A stretch of DNA of 64,000 nucleotides from Octopus sinensis (GCF_006345805.1 NC_043019.1:26969360-27033359), one strand, 5' to 3'. Positions 25,154-39,981 are shown, counted from the first letter of the stretch. Made by a program: numbers and translations. Notes: a model not told the origin generated them from the letters alone.

Positions 25154-26479
25154 CTATCAAAAACTGTAAACAAGTAAGAGAATAAAAGAATAACAAATCC
25201 AGGGCATTCCGTTACACATTTTACTATGAAAGGAATACAGCTTTTAGCATCAAGAGGTGTCCAATATTCGTGACAATGACTTACTCTAGGACGCATGCGT
25301 TAGATTGTCATGTAATTTGGAGGGAGAAAAAGACAAACTACTGACCTTTTCTATTATAGGCAGAAGGCCCGAAATTTGGGCGCAGGAGATCAATCACATC
25401 GACCCCAGTACTCAACTGGATGTAAGGTAAAGTCGACCTCGGCGGAATTTGAACTTGGAATGTAGCTGTAGACGAAATACTGCTAAGCATTTCGCCCCAC
25501 GTTGCCTACGATTGTGCCAGCTCGCCGCCTTTAAAACTACTACTAATGGCACTTACATGCACGCCCTGACATAAGAACGTCCATGGTGTAAGTATACATT
25601 CACATAACCTCTGCTCTCTCACGCACACATACACACTCAACTAATTGTCGTGTGTGTATGTGTGTATGTGTGTTTGTGTGTGTTTATGTATGTGTGCCAA
25701 ATGCGTTCGTGTGTGTGTGTGTGAGTGTGTACATGTGTGCATATATCTGAAGCATTTACTTGAATATTTATTTTGCATGCACACTTTTACCATCATTTTT
25801 TCACGGCGTGATATTTTTTACACCGTAGGAATCTATCGTTAGCACGTCAATATAATACATACACACACATTAACATGTGTCTAGGTATAACCTACACAGA
25901 ACAGGATAGTGATAAGATATGAAATAATCAACCTGGAGGCCTATCATCACCATCAACCACAACAATACCAAAATAGACAAAAAAAACCCCCCAAAAAAAC
26001 AAAACAAACCAAAAACAACAGCAACATTACAACGGAGTATAGATATAACATTCACAAGTCAATCGAGAAACATTGTTATCGCAGCAAATCTTAAATATCA
26101 ATCGCTCTGCCATTGCTAGTCACTGTATGGCTGTGTAAAAGATGATAAATATAAGGAATGACATAAATACGAAGACATGAGATAGGCAGAGATAAACATG
26201 GAGAAAGTGACATTGGTTAAAAACAGGGAGATAATTCTAAACGTATTCCATTCCTAATTAAATGAAACAAAGCAACAAGAGTCCTATTCCCAACGGAATC
26301 TGTAGTTGTTCTCACTCCCCCTCTCTCTCTCTCTTCCCTCATTCTTTCTCTTTCTCTCTTTCCTCCTTCCCACTTTAATGTGCTTTTTCTCACTTCGGTT
26401 TTCTATCTCTCTTTGAATCTTCTTTTCTATCTATTATTTGCTGTTCTTTCTCTCTGTGTTTCTTTTTACCTTGCTCTTA

Positions 26480-28170
<1,691 letters not shown>

Positions 28171-28744
28171 GTGGATTTTCACAAAGTAAATTTACGCGGA
28201 AAAATATCTATTGAAGTGGAGTTTCTACATAAGAAGATAGGAATTTAATTACTTGTCTTACAATTCTCTCATTCGAAATAAAAGAAGAAAGAAAAGAAAC
28301 AAAGAAAGAGAGAAAGAAAGTGAAAGAGAGAGAGAGAAATGAAGTGAGAGAGAGTGAGAGTAAAGGACTTTAATTTACTAAGAATAAATTTATTTTCCAC
28401 CCGTAAACTAACAACCTGGCAATGCCGCATGGAAAAGTTCTCAAAATCCAGAAAGAAAAATGATTTAAATAGTTTAAAATATATATATATATCAAATTTC
28501 ATTTCTCTATTGTACATGTTTTCTTCACAACCAGAAAAATAATATTTTGTACGACAGAAACTAATAACATTGTTTTGAACAATTTAAACGACACGGTTAA
28601 CAAACAACTACGATAGTAACTACAATAGGAGAAATATTCCGCATATGTGTCTCACCAAGCTAAGAGATTGAGTAGAAATTTTAAACTGAGCGATGGAGGA
28701 GAGAGATAGATTCAGCCTTTCGTTGTTTGCTAGTGTGGTCTTCT

Positions 28745-29126
28745 GGAGGCGCAATGGCCCAGTGGTTAGGGCAGCGGACTCGCGGTCATAGGATCGCGGA
28801 TCGCGTTTCGATTCCCAGACCGGGCGTTGTGAGTGTTTATTGAGCGAAAAACACATAAAGCTCCACGAGGCTACGGCAGGGGATGGTGGTGATCCCTGCT
28901 GTACTCTTTCACCACAACTTTCTCTCACTCTTACTTCCTGTTTCTGTTGTACCTGTATTTCAAAGGGCCGGCCTTGTCACTCTCTGTGTCACGCTGAATA
29001 TCCCCGAGAACTACGTTAAGGGTACACGTGTCTGTGGAGTGCTCAGCCACTTACACGTTAATTTCACGAGCAGGCTGTTCCGTTGATTCGGATCAACCGG
29101 AACCCTCGTCGTAACCGACGGAGTGC
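28745..29126 (+). mobile_element. tRNA-derived SINE family C, young copy
   Basis: A box TGGCCCAGTGG, B-box-like GTTTCGATTCC, ~380 bp; near-identical inverted copy at 33516-33881. Confidence 0.9.
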
Positions 29127-29225
29127 TTCCATCCAGTGTGGTCTTCTACTTACGAATTACCGAATGAAGAAAAAGTCTGTTGGCAGAACTATGTGTGTCC
29201 ATGTCTCAGTGTTTTACAGAAGAGC

Positions 29226-29258
<33 letters not shown>

Positions 29259-29269
29259 ATAGCATACAT

Positions 29270-29451
29270 AGGCGCAGACGTAGCTGTGTGTAAGGAGCTT
29301 GTTTCCAAACCACATGGTTTTGGGTTCAGTCCCACTGCGTGGCACCTTGGGCAAGTGTCTTCTAATATAGCCCCGTGCCGACCAAAGACTTGTGAGTGGA
29401 TTTGGCAGAGGGAAACTGAAAGAAACCCGTCATATATATATATAATATATA

Positions 29452-29483
<32 letters not shown>

Positions 29484-29602
29484 GTTTGTGTGTGTGTGTG
29501 TCTACGCTTGTTCCCTCACCACCGCTTGACAACCGGTGCTGGTGCATTTTTATTCCCGTAACGTAGCGGTTCGGCAAATGAGACCGATAGACTAAGTACT
29601 GG
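29270..29602 (+). mobile_element. SINE family A, 3'-truncated
   Basis: Homology with 11713-12118 from head to mid-tail. Confidence 0.85.
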
Positions 29603-30074
29603 GGTCAAGCCATTCGATTAAAAGCGGATTCAGCGACGCGCTGCAATGGTGCATGCCGCAAAATCTGACCTGACGTGTTATTGTTGACGTTATTGTTGTT
29701 GTACAGTTGTTGTTGCTGTCGTCATCACTGTTATTATTGATCTTGTTATTACCGTTGTGTGTGTGTGTGTTTCTTTTTATCGATACCCGAAAGGATGAAA
29801 GGCAAAGTCGACCTTTTCCGCCGAGGTCGACTTTGTCTTGTCATCCTTTCGGGGTCGATAAAAATAATAAGAACCAGTCGGGCACTGGGGCTGACATAAA
29901 CGACAACTCCCCTTGTCCAAATTCCAGGCCTTTTGCCTATACAAGAAAGATTATTACTGTTGTTGTTGAGGTTATTATTGTTATCATTCTCGCCGTAATT
30001 ATCGCTGTTTGTTGTGTCGATATTATAGTTGTTATCGTTTTTGTATTCTTATCGTGATGCCATTATCCTTGTTA

Positions 30075-30720
30075 CTTATATTGTTATTACCATGTTATTA
30101 CTACTGTTATTGCTGTCATTATGACTATTATTCCTGTTATTATTAATGCTGTTATTATTCTCATTATGACTATTATTCCTGTTGTTATTACTGCTGTTAT
30201 TGCTGTCATTATGACTATTATTCCTGTTATTATTACTGCTGTTATTACTTCATTATGACTATTATTCCTGTTATTATTACTACTGTTATTGCTTGTGTAA
30301 TAATAACTATTAATCCTGTTTATTTAACTGTTATTGCTTCATTAAGACTATTATTTCTGTTATTATTACTGCTGTTATTATTCTCATTATGACTATTATT
30401 CCTGTTATTATTACTGCTGTTATTACTTCATTATGACTATTATTCCTGTTATTATTACTACTGTTATTGCTGTAATTATAACTATTAATCCTGTTATTAT
30501 TACTACTGTTATTGCTTCATTAAGACTATTATTTCTGTTATTATTACTGCTGTTATTATTCTCATTATGACTATTATTCCTGTAATTATTACTGTTGTTA
30601 TTACTTCATTATGACTATTATTTCTGTCATTATTACTGCTGTTATTGCTGCCATTATGACTATTATTCCTGATATTATTACTGTTGTTATTGCTACAATT
30701 GATTCTGTTACCGTTGCTAT
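30075..30720. repeat. ~45-bp triplet-structured minisatellite derived from (ATT)n
   Basis: Unit approximately ACTGCTGTTATTGCTGTCATTATGACTATTATTCCTGTTATTATT, about 14 degenerate copies. Confidence 0.9.
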
Positions 30721-31173
30721 ACTCCAAACGAGGTTCGTTAGCATATAACTCTTATAATCTATTTAATTTCAATAACTCCCAATCGAGATCGATATAGAAC
30801 CAAGCATTATACTTCTTCCATCCGTCTCACCCTTCACCCTCGCCATATTACTTTGTCAGCCACAGATCAATTTTCTCCGCCATTGATAATGGATTCTTGT
30901 CGGCTGGTTTGGCAGTTGTTATATTCTGCATTACCATTAAGTAGACTTCAATCTGGGGATTTTGTTGTTGTTGTTATCGTTGTCGTTGTAATCTTCGGAA
31001 ATGCTTGTTGTTGTTGTTATTGTTTATCTCCAGGTCAAACCTTATGATTAACGACTTATGATCAAAGACATTCTCTTCTAATGTGTCATTTCTTTCATTT
31101 AAGGGACGTATGAAGGAAAATTTCTGTGCTATTTCTTGACACCTGTTTACTATTATTATCGTAAATCATTGTC

Positions 31174-31232
<59 letters not shown>

Positions 31233-31256
31233 TATTATTATTATATTATTATTATT

Positions 31257-31287
<31 letters not shown>

Positions 31288-31351
31288 TATTATTATTATT
31301 ATTATTATTATCATATCATAATCATTATTATTATTATTATTATTATTGTTA

Positions 31352-31391
<40 letters not shown>

Positions 31392-31439
31392 ATTATTATT
31401 ATTATTATTACCATTATTATTATTATTATTATTATTATT

Positions 31440-31581
31440 GAGTGAGAGAGCAGTTCATGCCATCAAAGTGACACTGGGGTAAAATATACGAAGCCCAATA
31501 TACCCATCATGACTACCCGTCTGATAAGGGTACACCAGGCACATGCATCACAACCATATGTGCGCGACATGGTGATCTCAT
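31440..31581 (-). mobile_element. Truncated copy of the TAA-embedded retroposon
   Basis: Reverse complement of ~35869-36010 (2 mismatches), between two (ATT)n arrays. Confidence 0.8.
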
Positions 31582-31603
31582 AATAATAATTATTATTATT
31601 ATC

Positions 31604-31648
<45 letters not shown>

Positions 31649-31659
31649 GCCTTTACACA

Positions 31660-32316
31660 GCTTCTAACGCTCAAGATGTACTACGATGTCAGCTGTTCAC
31701 TATTAGTGGACTAAAGTAACACCTCTTATTTTTCGCGCACCTTCCGGAGTATTCGATCGGTTCCAAGCAGTGCTGCTTTCTGCAAGTGCTCCACCCTTAT
31801 TTCAGCCCCTATTTGTTCCATGTACTTCTCAAGATTTATTCTCACTGTTGCCAGGGCACCGACGATTATTGGTACTACTACCACCTTTTACATCGACCAC
31901 AACTGCTTAATTCCCCAAGCTAACCTGTCATATCTATTGACTTTTCTTTCTTCCTTATCGTATACATTGTTGTCAGCTGGGCATACTATATCTATGATCC
32001 AGCATAGTTTGTTTTCTTTCTCAATTAAGACTACGTCTGGCTTCCTATTCTCTATCTCACGGTCGCACTGAATCATAAAATCCCACAGGATCTTTGCATT
32101 ATCACTTTTGATGATGTCTTCAGGTTTGTGGTCGTACCAATTTTTTGCTCTGTCAAGTCCATACTTGTTGCAAAGTGTCCAATGAACAAGCCTTGCTATA
32201 TTGTCGTGGCGTCTCTTATATTTGTTCTGGACTATTGGCGTGCATTGGCTTGTAATATGCCATACGGTTTCACTATTTTGTCCACAGATTCTGCACTTAT
32301 CACTTTTTCTTTGTAA
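31660..32316 (-). mobile_element. 5'-truncated R4/Dong-like (RLE-type) non-LTR retrotransposon, copy C
   Basis: CRICGQNSETVWHITSQC (CCHC), RHDNIARLVHWTLC, ILWDFMIQCDREIENRKPDVVLIE...IIDIVCPAD..KE..K (PD-D/E restriction-like endonuclease), VPIIVGALGT; ends in a (TAA)n array. Confidence 0.92.
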
Positions 32317-32317
32317 G

Positions 32318-32655
32318 ACTAGTACTTATACTATCGGTCTCTTTTGCCAAACCGCCAAGTTAAGGGGACGTAAATACACCAACACCAGTTGTCAAACGAT
32401 GATGAGGACAAACACAGAAACCGACACACAAACACATACACACACACACACACACACACGAACACATACAAACATACACATATGCATATATATATATATA
32501 TTATATATGTACGATGGGCTTCTTTCAGTTTCTGTCTACGAAATCCACTCTCAAGATTTTGGTTGGCCCGAGGCTACAGAAGACACTTACCGAAGGTGGC
32601 CACGTAGTGGGACTGAACCTGGAACCTTGTGGCTAGAAAGCCAGCTTCTTGCCAC
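32318..32655 (-). mobile_element. SINE family A inserted at the 5' break of Dong copy C
   Basis: Homology with 11713-12118. Confidence 0.8.
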
Positions 32656-33015
32656 ACAAAACACGTAGCCCTGTGGTTCGTCGCGTGCTGCATCCACGAC
32701 TGCAACATCCTGGTTTACATTCTCAAACCGGTGGCGCGCCGATTTCTTGAGCGAAAACACTTCGTTTCACATTGCACCAGTCCATTCGCTTGTAAACGGG
32801 TGACCTTGTGATGGAATAACGACTCGTTCAAGGGGGGTGTAAGCCTGGTCACCAAGCCAGCTGATAGGCATCATTCGATAGGTACAACAATGCGAGGAAG
32901 CGCATTGTGACCAGCGGTGTTTAACATCATCCAATAGTCTAGTCGATACAGGGATGTATATATATATATATATACATACATACATTCATACATATATATA
33001 TATATATATATATAA

Positions 33016-33046
<31 letters not shown>

Positions 33047-33070
33047 GATAGATAGATAGATAGATAGATT

Positions 33071-33106
<36 letters not shown>

Positions 33107-33132
33107 TCTAAATATCTATCTATCTATCTACC

Positions 33133-33183
<51 letters not shown>

Positions 33184-33515
33184 CACATCGTAATATTTAA
33201 TTGCCAACCAAGTGTGGCGTCCTGTACGGGACAGTGTTATTGGCGTTTATAGCCCCAGGAAGACAACTCTTCCAGCTGGCTAACGACACACATTCTGTAC
33301 TTGACTGGTATTTTATTTTATCGAATCTTGAAGGTTAAAAGTGAAAGTTAACCTCAACGGGATTTGAACTTAAAACGTAATGATCTAAAGGAAATACCGC
33401 ATCTCAAAGGATTTCGCTAAGTCACGGCCCTCTTTAAACTTTGCGCTTTTTCGTATTGGGGGGAAGTAGCGTAAGCAATTACACCACCTTCCCTCACCGT
33501 ATATGTTTTTATTTA

Positions 33516-33881
33516 GCACACCGTCGGTTACGACGATGAGGGTTCCGGTTGATCCGATCAACGGAACAGCCTGCTCGTGAAATTAACGTGTAAATGGCTG
33601 AGCACTCCACAGACACGTGTACCCTTAACGTAGTTCTCGGGGTTATTCAGCGTGACACAGAGAGTGACAAGGCCGGCCCTTTGAAATACAGGTACAACAT
33701 AAACAGGAAGTAAGAGTGAGAGAAAGTTGTGGTGAAAGAGTACAGCAGGGATCACCACCATCCCCTGCCGGAGCCTCGTGGAGCTTTAGGTGTTTTCGCT
33801 CAATAAACACTCACAACGCCCGGTCTGGGAATCGAAACCGCGATCCTACGACCGCGAGTCCGCTGCCCTAACCACTGGGCC
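33516..33881 (-). mobile_element. tRNA-derived SINE family C, young copy
   Basis: Reverse complement of 28759-29126 with only about 10 differences. Confidence 0.9.
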
Positions 33882-34856
33882 CGACTAAAAAGCAGATAAG
33901 GTTAATCTCGGCGTGATTTGAACTTTTGAACTCATAGCTTGAAGGAAAGTAATTAAGGTAAGACATGCTCAGCTCGCTACCGATTCTGCCACTTAATCCA
34001 CTCTCACAAGGTCGCAGCTTTTTTCGTGGGTTGGGGATGTGGGTGATACAATTATTGTCTCCAGCATTGGAGTGGCTCTTATTTTAGCGACCCCCAGCGA
34101 GAATGAAAGGTAAAGTCGATTCTGATGTAGTAATTATAAAAATCAGGCCGACGAACGTTGACGTAGCTAAACACCTCCAGGCCCTAATCAACGCCAGCTA
34201 ATTTCAACAATTAATTATTGGATAATGTCCTAAGCATAAGAAGCCAGCACCGATTTCACAAACAAAATATGTGTGTGACTTTACAAAATACCAATTTGTC
34301 ACACGTTTAATTATGAAAACGGCAAGAGTCAAAGAAAAATCAATATTGGATATTTTTAGATTATCGCTGGTTCACGTGAGAGCGGTGAGTTGTGTGGTGC
34401 TGTAGATCTTCGTCTAGATTACACAGAGCAAGCTAATAACTGTGTTTATTGTTGTCGTTGTTGTTGTTGCTGCTGCTGCTGCTGTTTTGTTGTTGTATAT
34501 CCTCAATTCACTTCTCATTGAGCAGAACCAAAGGTATCCAACCGCGACCATTCCGTAGTATTATATTTAGTCGTTGTGCACCTAGGATTATATTATACTA
34601 TGTATATACTTTCAGGTGGTCGGATGGGATTTGAAGATGTGAATGCTTTTTCTAGTCTTTTTACTTCTTCTGAATAATTTCTGTACCATCTTTTCCTACC
34701 GATAGAATAGATTAGAGAGGCGTGACTACAGACCAAAAGGTTCAGGGTTCGAATCACTCTTCAGCTTATAAATACCGATAAGCATTTCGTCCGGCGTGCT
34801 AACGATTCTGCCAGCTCTCTACTTCATTATTATTATTATTATTATTATTATCATTA

Positions 34857-34892
<36 letters not shown>

Positions 34893-34913
34893 CATTATTT
34901 ATTATTATTATTA

Positions 34914-34949
<36 letters not shown>

Positions 34950-34957
34950 TATTATTA

Positions 34958-35007
<50 letters not shown>

Positions 35008-35059
35008 AATAATAATAATAATGATGATAATAATAATAATATTAATAATAATAATAATG

Positions 35060-35120
<61 letters not shown>

Positions 35121-35149
35121 TGATGATGATGATGATGGTGATGATGATA

Positions 35150-35577
35150 ATTGCTTACAAGGTATTATAGCACCAAAGGCCAGATATAGTAACCTTTAGG
35201 AGGGGCAAACAAGAGTGCCTAATAATTGATGTGGCAGTGCCAGGAGATCAACAAATCATCATGAAAGAAAGTGTAAAGTTTGATAAATATGGAGACCTGA
35301 GTATTGAGATTGCTAAGACGTGGCAGCTACGAGAGTCAAACATAAAGGTTATCCCTATTGTCATCGGAGCATTGGGTTCAATACCACCCAAGCTGAAGAA
35401 ACGCCTGGAAACTTTAGAAATACCCTACAATCTAGGAGTATTGCAAAAGTCAGCATTACTTGGAACTGCACGCATATTGAGTAAAGTACTGTCTGTCTGA
35501 GGTCCTTGTTGTGACTTGATGGACAGTACAAATATCTTCAATCAACAACCTCACGATATTGTATACTGTGCGACGTC

Positions 35578-35578
<1 letters not shown>
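35150..35578 (+). mobile_element. 5'-truncated R4/Dong-like element, copy A
   Basis: HQRPDIV...LIIDVAVPGD..KE..K..KYGDL...VIPIVIGALGSIP...LQKSALLGTARILSKVL*, short 3' UTR, (TAA)n on both sides. Confidence 0.9.
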
Positions 35579-35612
<34 letters not shown>

Positions 35613-35617
35613 TAATA

Positions 35618-35659
<42 letters not shown>

Positions 35660-36011
35660 TCACGAGCAGAAGTAGTGGGGGAGTATCATAGCCATGTGTT
35701 GAGAGGGATTCTTTGGGGTTTGAATAATTCACCTCTGGAAACATGGGTGGTTCTTTCAACATCCTTAAACAACCCTTATTCAGGGACCTTTTGAGCAGGA
35801 TGGGTTACTCGACCTGAAGAAAATTCTAACTGGGCCCCACATACAAGGTCATGTGCTGTTTATCTTGATATGAGATCACCATGTCGCGCACATATGGTTG
35901 TGATGCATGTGCCTGGTGTACCCTTATCAGACGGGTAGTCATGATGGGTATATTGGGCTTCGTATATTTAACCCCAGTGTCACTTTGATGGCATGCACTG
36001 CTCTCTCACTC

Positions 36012-36012
<1 letters not shown>
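35660..36012 (+). mobile_element. TAA-embedded non-coding retroposon (SINE-like, or long 3' UTR of a further Dong-like family)
   Basis: About 350 bp between two (TAA)n arrays with no coding signature; its last ~142 nt recur in inverted orientation at 31440-31581 with 2 mismatches. Confidence 0.7.
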
Positions 36013-36070
<58 letters not shown>

Positions 36071-36078
36071 TAATAATA

Positions 36079-36889
36079 AAGACAGAGAAAAATCACAGCA
36101 ATGGTTGAGAAGCTCAGGACCCAAAGCAGAGACTGAGGGATTTTTAATTGCAGCACAAGACCAAAGAGCCTCCCCACCAGAAATTACCAAAATCATATAA
36201 TGAAAAGAAGCATAACAAGTAACTGCAGAGTATGTCGAGATGGGTAAGAAACAATAAATCATATTGTCTCTGGCCGCCGAGTCCTGGCTGAGAAGGAATA
36301 TATTCACAGACACGATAGGGTTGGGACCTACATACACTGGAAGCTATGCTAACACTATGGAATAACAACAGATAAAAGATGGTATAGGCGTACACCAGAA
36401 AAGGTCACAGAAAACTAGAAAGCAACCATACTCTGGGATATTCCAATACACACAGAAATAGATATTAAGGCCAATAGGTCAGATATAGTTGTCAGAGATC
36501 ATGAAGAAAAAAATGCTTTCTAATTGATGTATCAATACCAGCAGATGACGATGTTTCTCTAAAAGAAATAAAGAAACTTTCAAAATACAAAGGCCTGGAA
36601 ATAGAGGTAACTCGAATGTGGAATCTAAAAACAGAAACAATTCCTATCAAAGTAGGCGCATTAGGTATGATAAAAAAATATTCAGAGAAATACATAACAA
36701 AACCACCAGGACTTATAATTATATATAACATACAGAAAATTGCACTACTAGGCACTGCACACACCCTACGCAAAACACTTTCAATACAGTAACCATCAGA
36801 GCATCACAACAAACCACAGAACATACCCAAGGCAAAAGAGCTGCGCTCGGTAGTGAAGTGAAAGCACGTTATAAAAATAAAACTACTGA

Positions 36890-36892
<3 letters not shown>
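36079..36892 (+). mobile_element. 5'-truncated R4/Dong-like element, copy B, degraded
   Basis: KAETEGFLIAAQDQ, CRVC...HIVS, RHDRVG.YIHWKLC, ILWDIPI, DIVVRDHEEKKCFLIDVSIPADD..KE, IQKIALLGTAHTLRK; flanked by (TAA)n. Confidence 0.92.
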
Positions 36893-36954
<62 letters not shown>

Positions 36955-37129
36955 TCCTATTATAGGCACAAGGCCTGATATTTTGTGGGAAGGTGCGTGG
37001 TAGTCGATTACATCGCCTCCCCCCCCCCCCCGATGCTCATTTGGTAATTAATTTAACGATCACAAAGGGATGATGAGCAAAACAGACGTCGGCGGAATTT
37101 GAACTTCGGAGAATAAAGCCAGAAGAAAT

Positions 37130-37358
37130 TCCTATTTCTTTACTACCCACAAGGGGCTAAACACAGAGGGGACAAACAAGGACAGACAAACGGATTAAGT
37201 CGATTACATCGACCCCAGTGAGTAACTGGTACTTAATTTATCGACTCCAAAAGGATGAAAGGCAAAGTCGACCTCGGCGGAATTTGAGCTGAGAACATAA
37301 CGGTAGACGAAATACGGCTACGCATTTCGCCTGACGTGCTAACGATTCTGCCAGCTAG
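37130..37358 (-). mobile_element. tRNA-like SINE family B (long-tail), nested in an older B copy spanning ~36955-37410
   Basis: GCTGGCAGAATCGTTAGCACG...TCAAATTCCGCCGAGGTCGACTTTGCCTTTCATCC...GTAGTAAAGAAATAG; the flanks are the split halves of an older B copy. Confidence 0.85.
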
Positions 37359-37502
37359 CAGCGAAGCATTTTGTCCGGTGTGCTAACGATTCTGTCTCTT
37401 CGTCACCTTAATAATGCGACATAATTAAATGTTGCTGTTTCATGTAATTATGGTTTTAAGCATAGACAGAAAACTTTGAAGTTCGATCAGCTGAGAAGAA
37501 AA

Positions 37503-37901
37503 TCTTTATATATAAAAGTGAAGTTGTGTGCTGTCTGTCTCCTACGATTTAGATTCCTAACTACTCCCACATTTTGCGGTGAAGTGTAACAAAAAGTGAG
37601 TATCTTATAGTCGTGATTCATATCGAGCCCTTCTGGGTATTAGCGCGCGTCTAAGATGAGTCTACGATTAAAAAAAAAATTTACCATCATTTTTCCCATT
37701 TTTAATGCATTTTTTGCTATTATATAAGGGAAGTAACTCTCTAAAAATTTATTATTAAATCTTAGAAGTAAAAAGCTACAGTAACACCCCCCTCCCTTTG
37801 TGGTTAGCCATATTGAGATGGCTATTATACTTTACATCTCTAAAAATGCTTATATAGTTATATCCCCTACAAACCCGAGCAACGCCGGGCGATACTGCGA
37901 G
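37503..37901 (+). mobile_element. Non-autonomous Helitron
   Basis: A|TC 5' end (TCTTTATATATAAAAG); 3' hairpin CCCG-AGCAACGC-CGGG (37874-37889), then CGAG|T (CTAG variant); inserted between A and T. Confidence 0.8.
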
Positions 37902-38360
37902 TACTTTATAATCGACTAAAGTCACTGTAGTATAGATTAAAAAGCAATATCAATTTTAACGATATTTAATCCAAAAAGGAATTAATTGACTATTTCAAAA
38001 TTGTCCGGTACTCTACCGATTCTACTAATCCTTTTCATCACCAAGTCACTCTTATAATAGATACCGTTGTGTATTTATATATTTCATGTCACACAAAGAG
38101 AAACAACTCGAAAATTATTGCAATCATCTTAATTATGTATTAAAATTTGATACATATCAAAAGAGGATTAAAGATCCTTTCCGAGTCATAAGCTCATAAG
38201 ACCGCTTTTCCGAATATGTAGCATCTATATACTTCACTCTTGGATGGGACGCCGGTGGACTGGAGCAACGTAAAATAAGGTGGTTCACTCTGGAATACAA
38301 CACATCACCCCGTCTGGGAATCGAAATATACCACTAGGTATATTTATGAGCATACTTACT

Positions 38361-38391
<31 letters not shown>

Positions 38392-38836
38392 AGTTACTTG
38401 TAGGGACACCGCATTCCATGTAATATACAAGCAAGTACATTAAAGGGTTTTTAAGTCAATGACGTGTCCTACCTGTGTTAGCAGTGCGATTTAATCACTT
38501 TTAAGAGATTTTCTATAGAATTTAAAGCCAGCACTGAAGGTAACGACGGTTCGTATACGAATACGTCTATGTAAACTATGAGATCGAAGGTAATGGGTGC
38601 ATATGGATATTTCAGAGGTTATTGCTCCATCTTTACACACATACACTCATACGTACTACATACACACACACACAGAGACACACACACAGACACTCATACA
38701 CACACACACACACACACACACACAACACAAACACACTTTCTAAAACACAGACGAAAGTATTTCCATTGAAAAGTATAGGATTTCTTAAACAGAAACCAAG
38801 CGGTAGGATTCTGTCCGTTTATCTAACCTGGGCGCA

Positions 38837-39981
38837 TCTCCCTCTATATAAACAGCAGTTTGTCTGTCTGTGTGTCTGTCAGGTTGTACCCTCACCCTGA
38901 CCACGGCTTTCAACTGATTCTGATGAAACTTGACACACCCATAGCTTAATGTCGTAATTCAAAATGAACGCAGCAAAAATTTTGAAAAGTTCCCCCAGTT
39001 CTGAAAATAATTGATAAATTCGACATGGGGTCGAAAATCTAAACTTTTTATATGCAACACATTTTCTGTTGTAGTTTTCGCAACTTGCAATCGATTTTCA
39101 CCAAACTCATGGTGAAGCTTAATGTTACATTAAGAAACTTAATTCTGACGTTAGTTTTCCATGCAAAACCTTACCATCAGAAAAAATCGATAAAATCATG
39201 CCATTTTGGGAAATCGCGTTCAAATTCAAGATGACATATTTTCGACAATATCTTTCACAAATTGGCAGGAATTTTTTAAAAAATTCACAGCGAGCATCAT
39301 GTCTGCTCCAAGGAGCTATATGGTCCTTTTTATTCCAATAGGATACTTTATTACTGGAAAAAATCGGTTAATTAAATCATATGTGGCACACATAGCAAAC
39401 CGATTTGTGTATTAAACACAAACCACAGACTGTCTAGGGGACGCAACTCGACCTTTTTAACTCTCGGAACAAGTTGGGTAAGTATCCTAAAATGTATAAA
39501 AATGTACAAAAACGGCAAAAAAGCGGGCAGCAATGTGAGTGACACCAACGAAAAAGTCAAAAGTGACCAAACTGAACAAACGAATGGAAAAGGTTTTTTG
39601 GTGCACGCGACAAAAGCGGTTTATAATAAACCAAGAGTTTGCAAGTAGCGTCCGAGGACCCTTAGGGTACGTCAAAAATTTAAGGTAAAACGTTTGGGGT
39701 GGTAGTTATAAAGAAAGTTTAAACAAAAATGTATTCGAATAACTTGCGGCTGCAGCAGCTATTAGCAGAAGTGGCGGTGTTGGGGGTAAAGTCTCGAACG
39801 TAATTTCTTCCTGGTAGGAATTGGTCGGGTTGAATTATCGATAGCTGTTTGATAGTTATTTGGGAGTGAAGAGAAGACATTGCAACCTACACATGCGCCT
39901 TCGTTCCCGAGAGGGAAAGGACTAGATTGGGATTAGTCGTTGCCTACTAGGGGCTCTTACATACCCGACCTATGCCGCTAG
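38837..39981 (+). mobile_element. Helitron-like element (3' boundary uncertain)
   Basis: A|TCTCCCTCTATATAAACAGCAG start similar to the 53713 element, followed by (TGTC)n; nearest CTAG|T at 39978-39982, with a weak terminal hairpin. Confidence 0.4.

Noticed and set aside
28745-28815. tRNA-like heads (also ~34725-34770, ~49105-49170, ~50925-50995) as tRNA genes
   Set aside because: They have A/B boxes but no closed acceptor stem, and most continue into multicopy SINE bodies.
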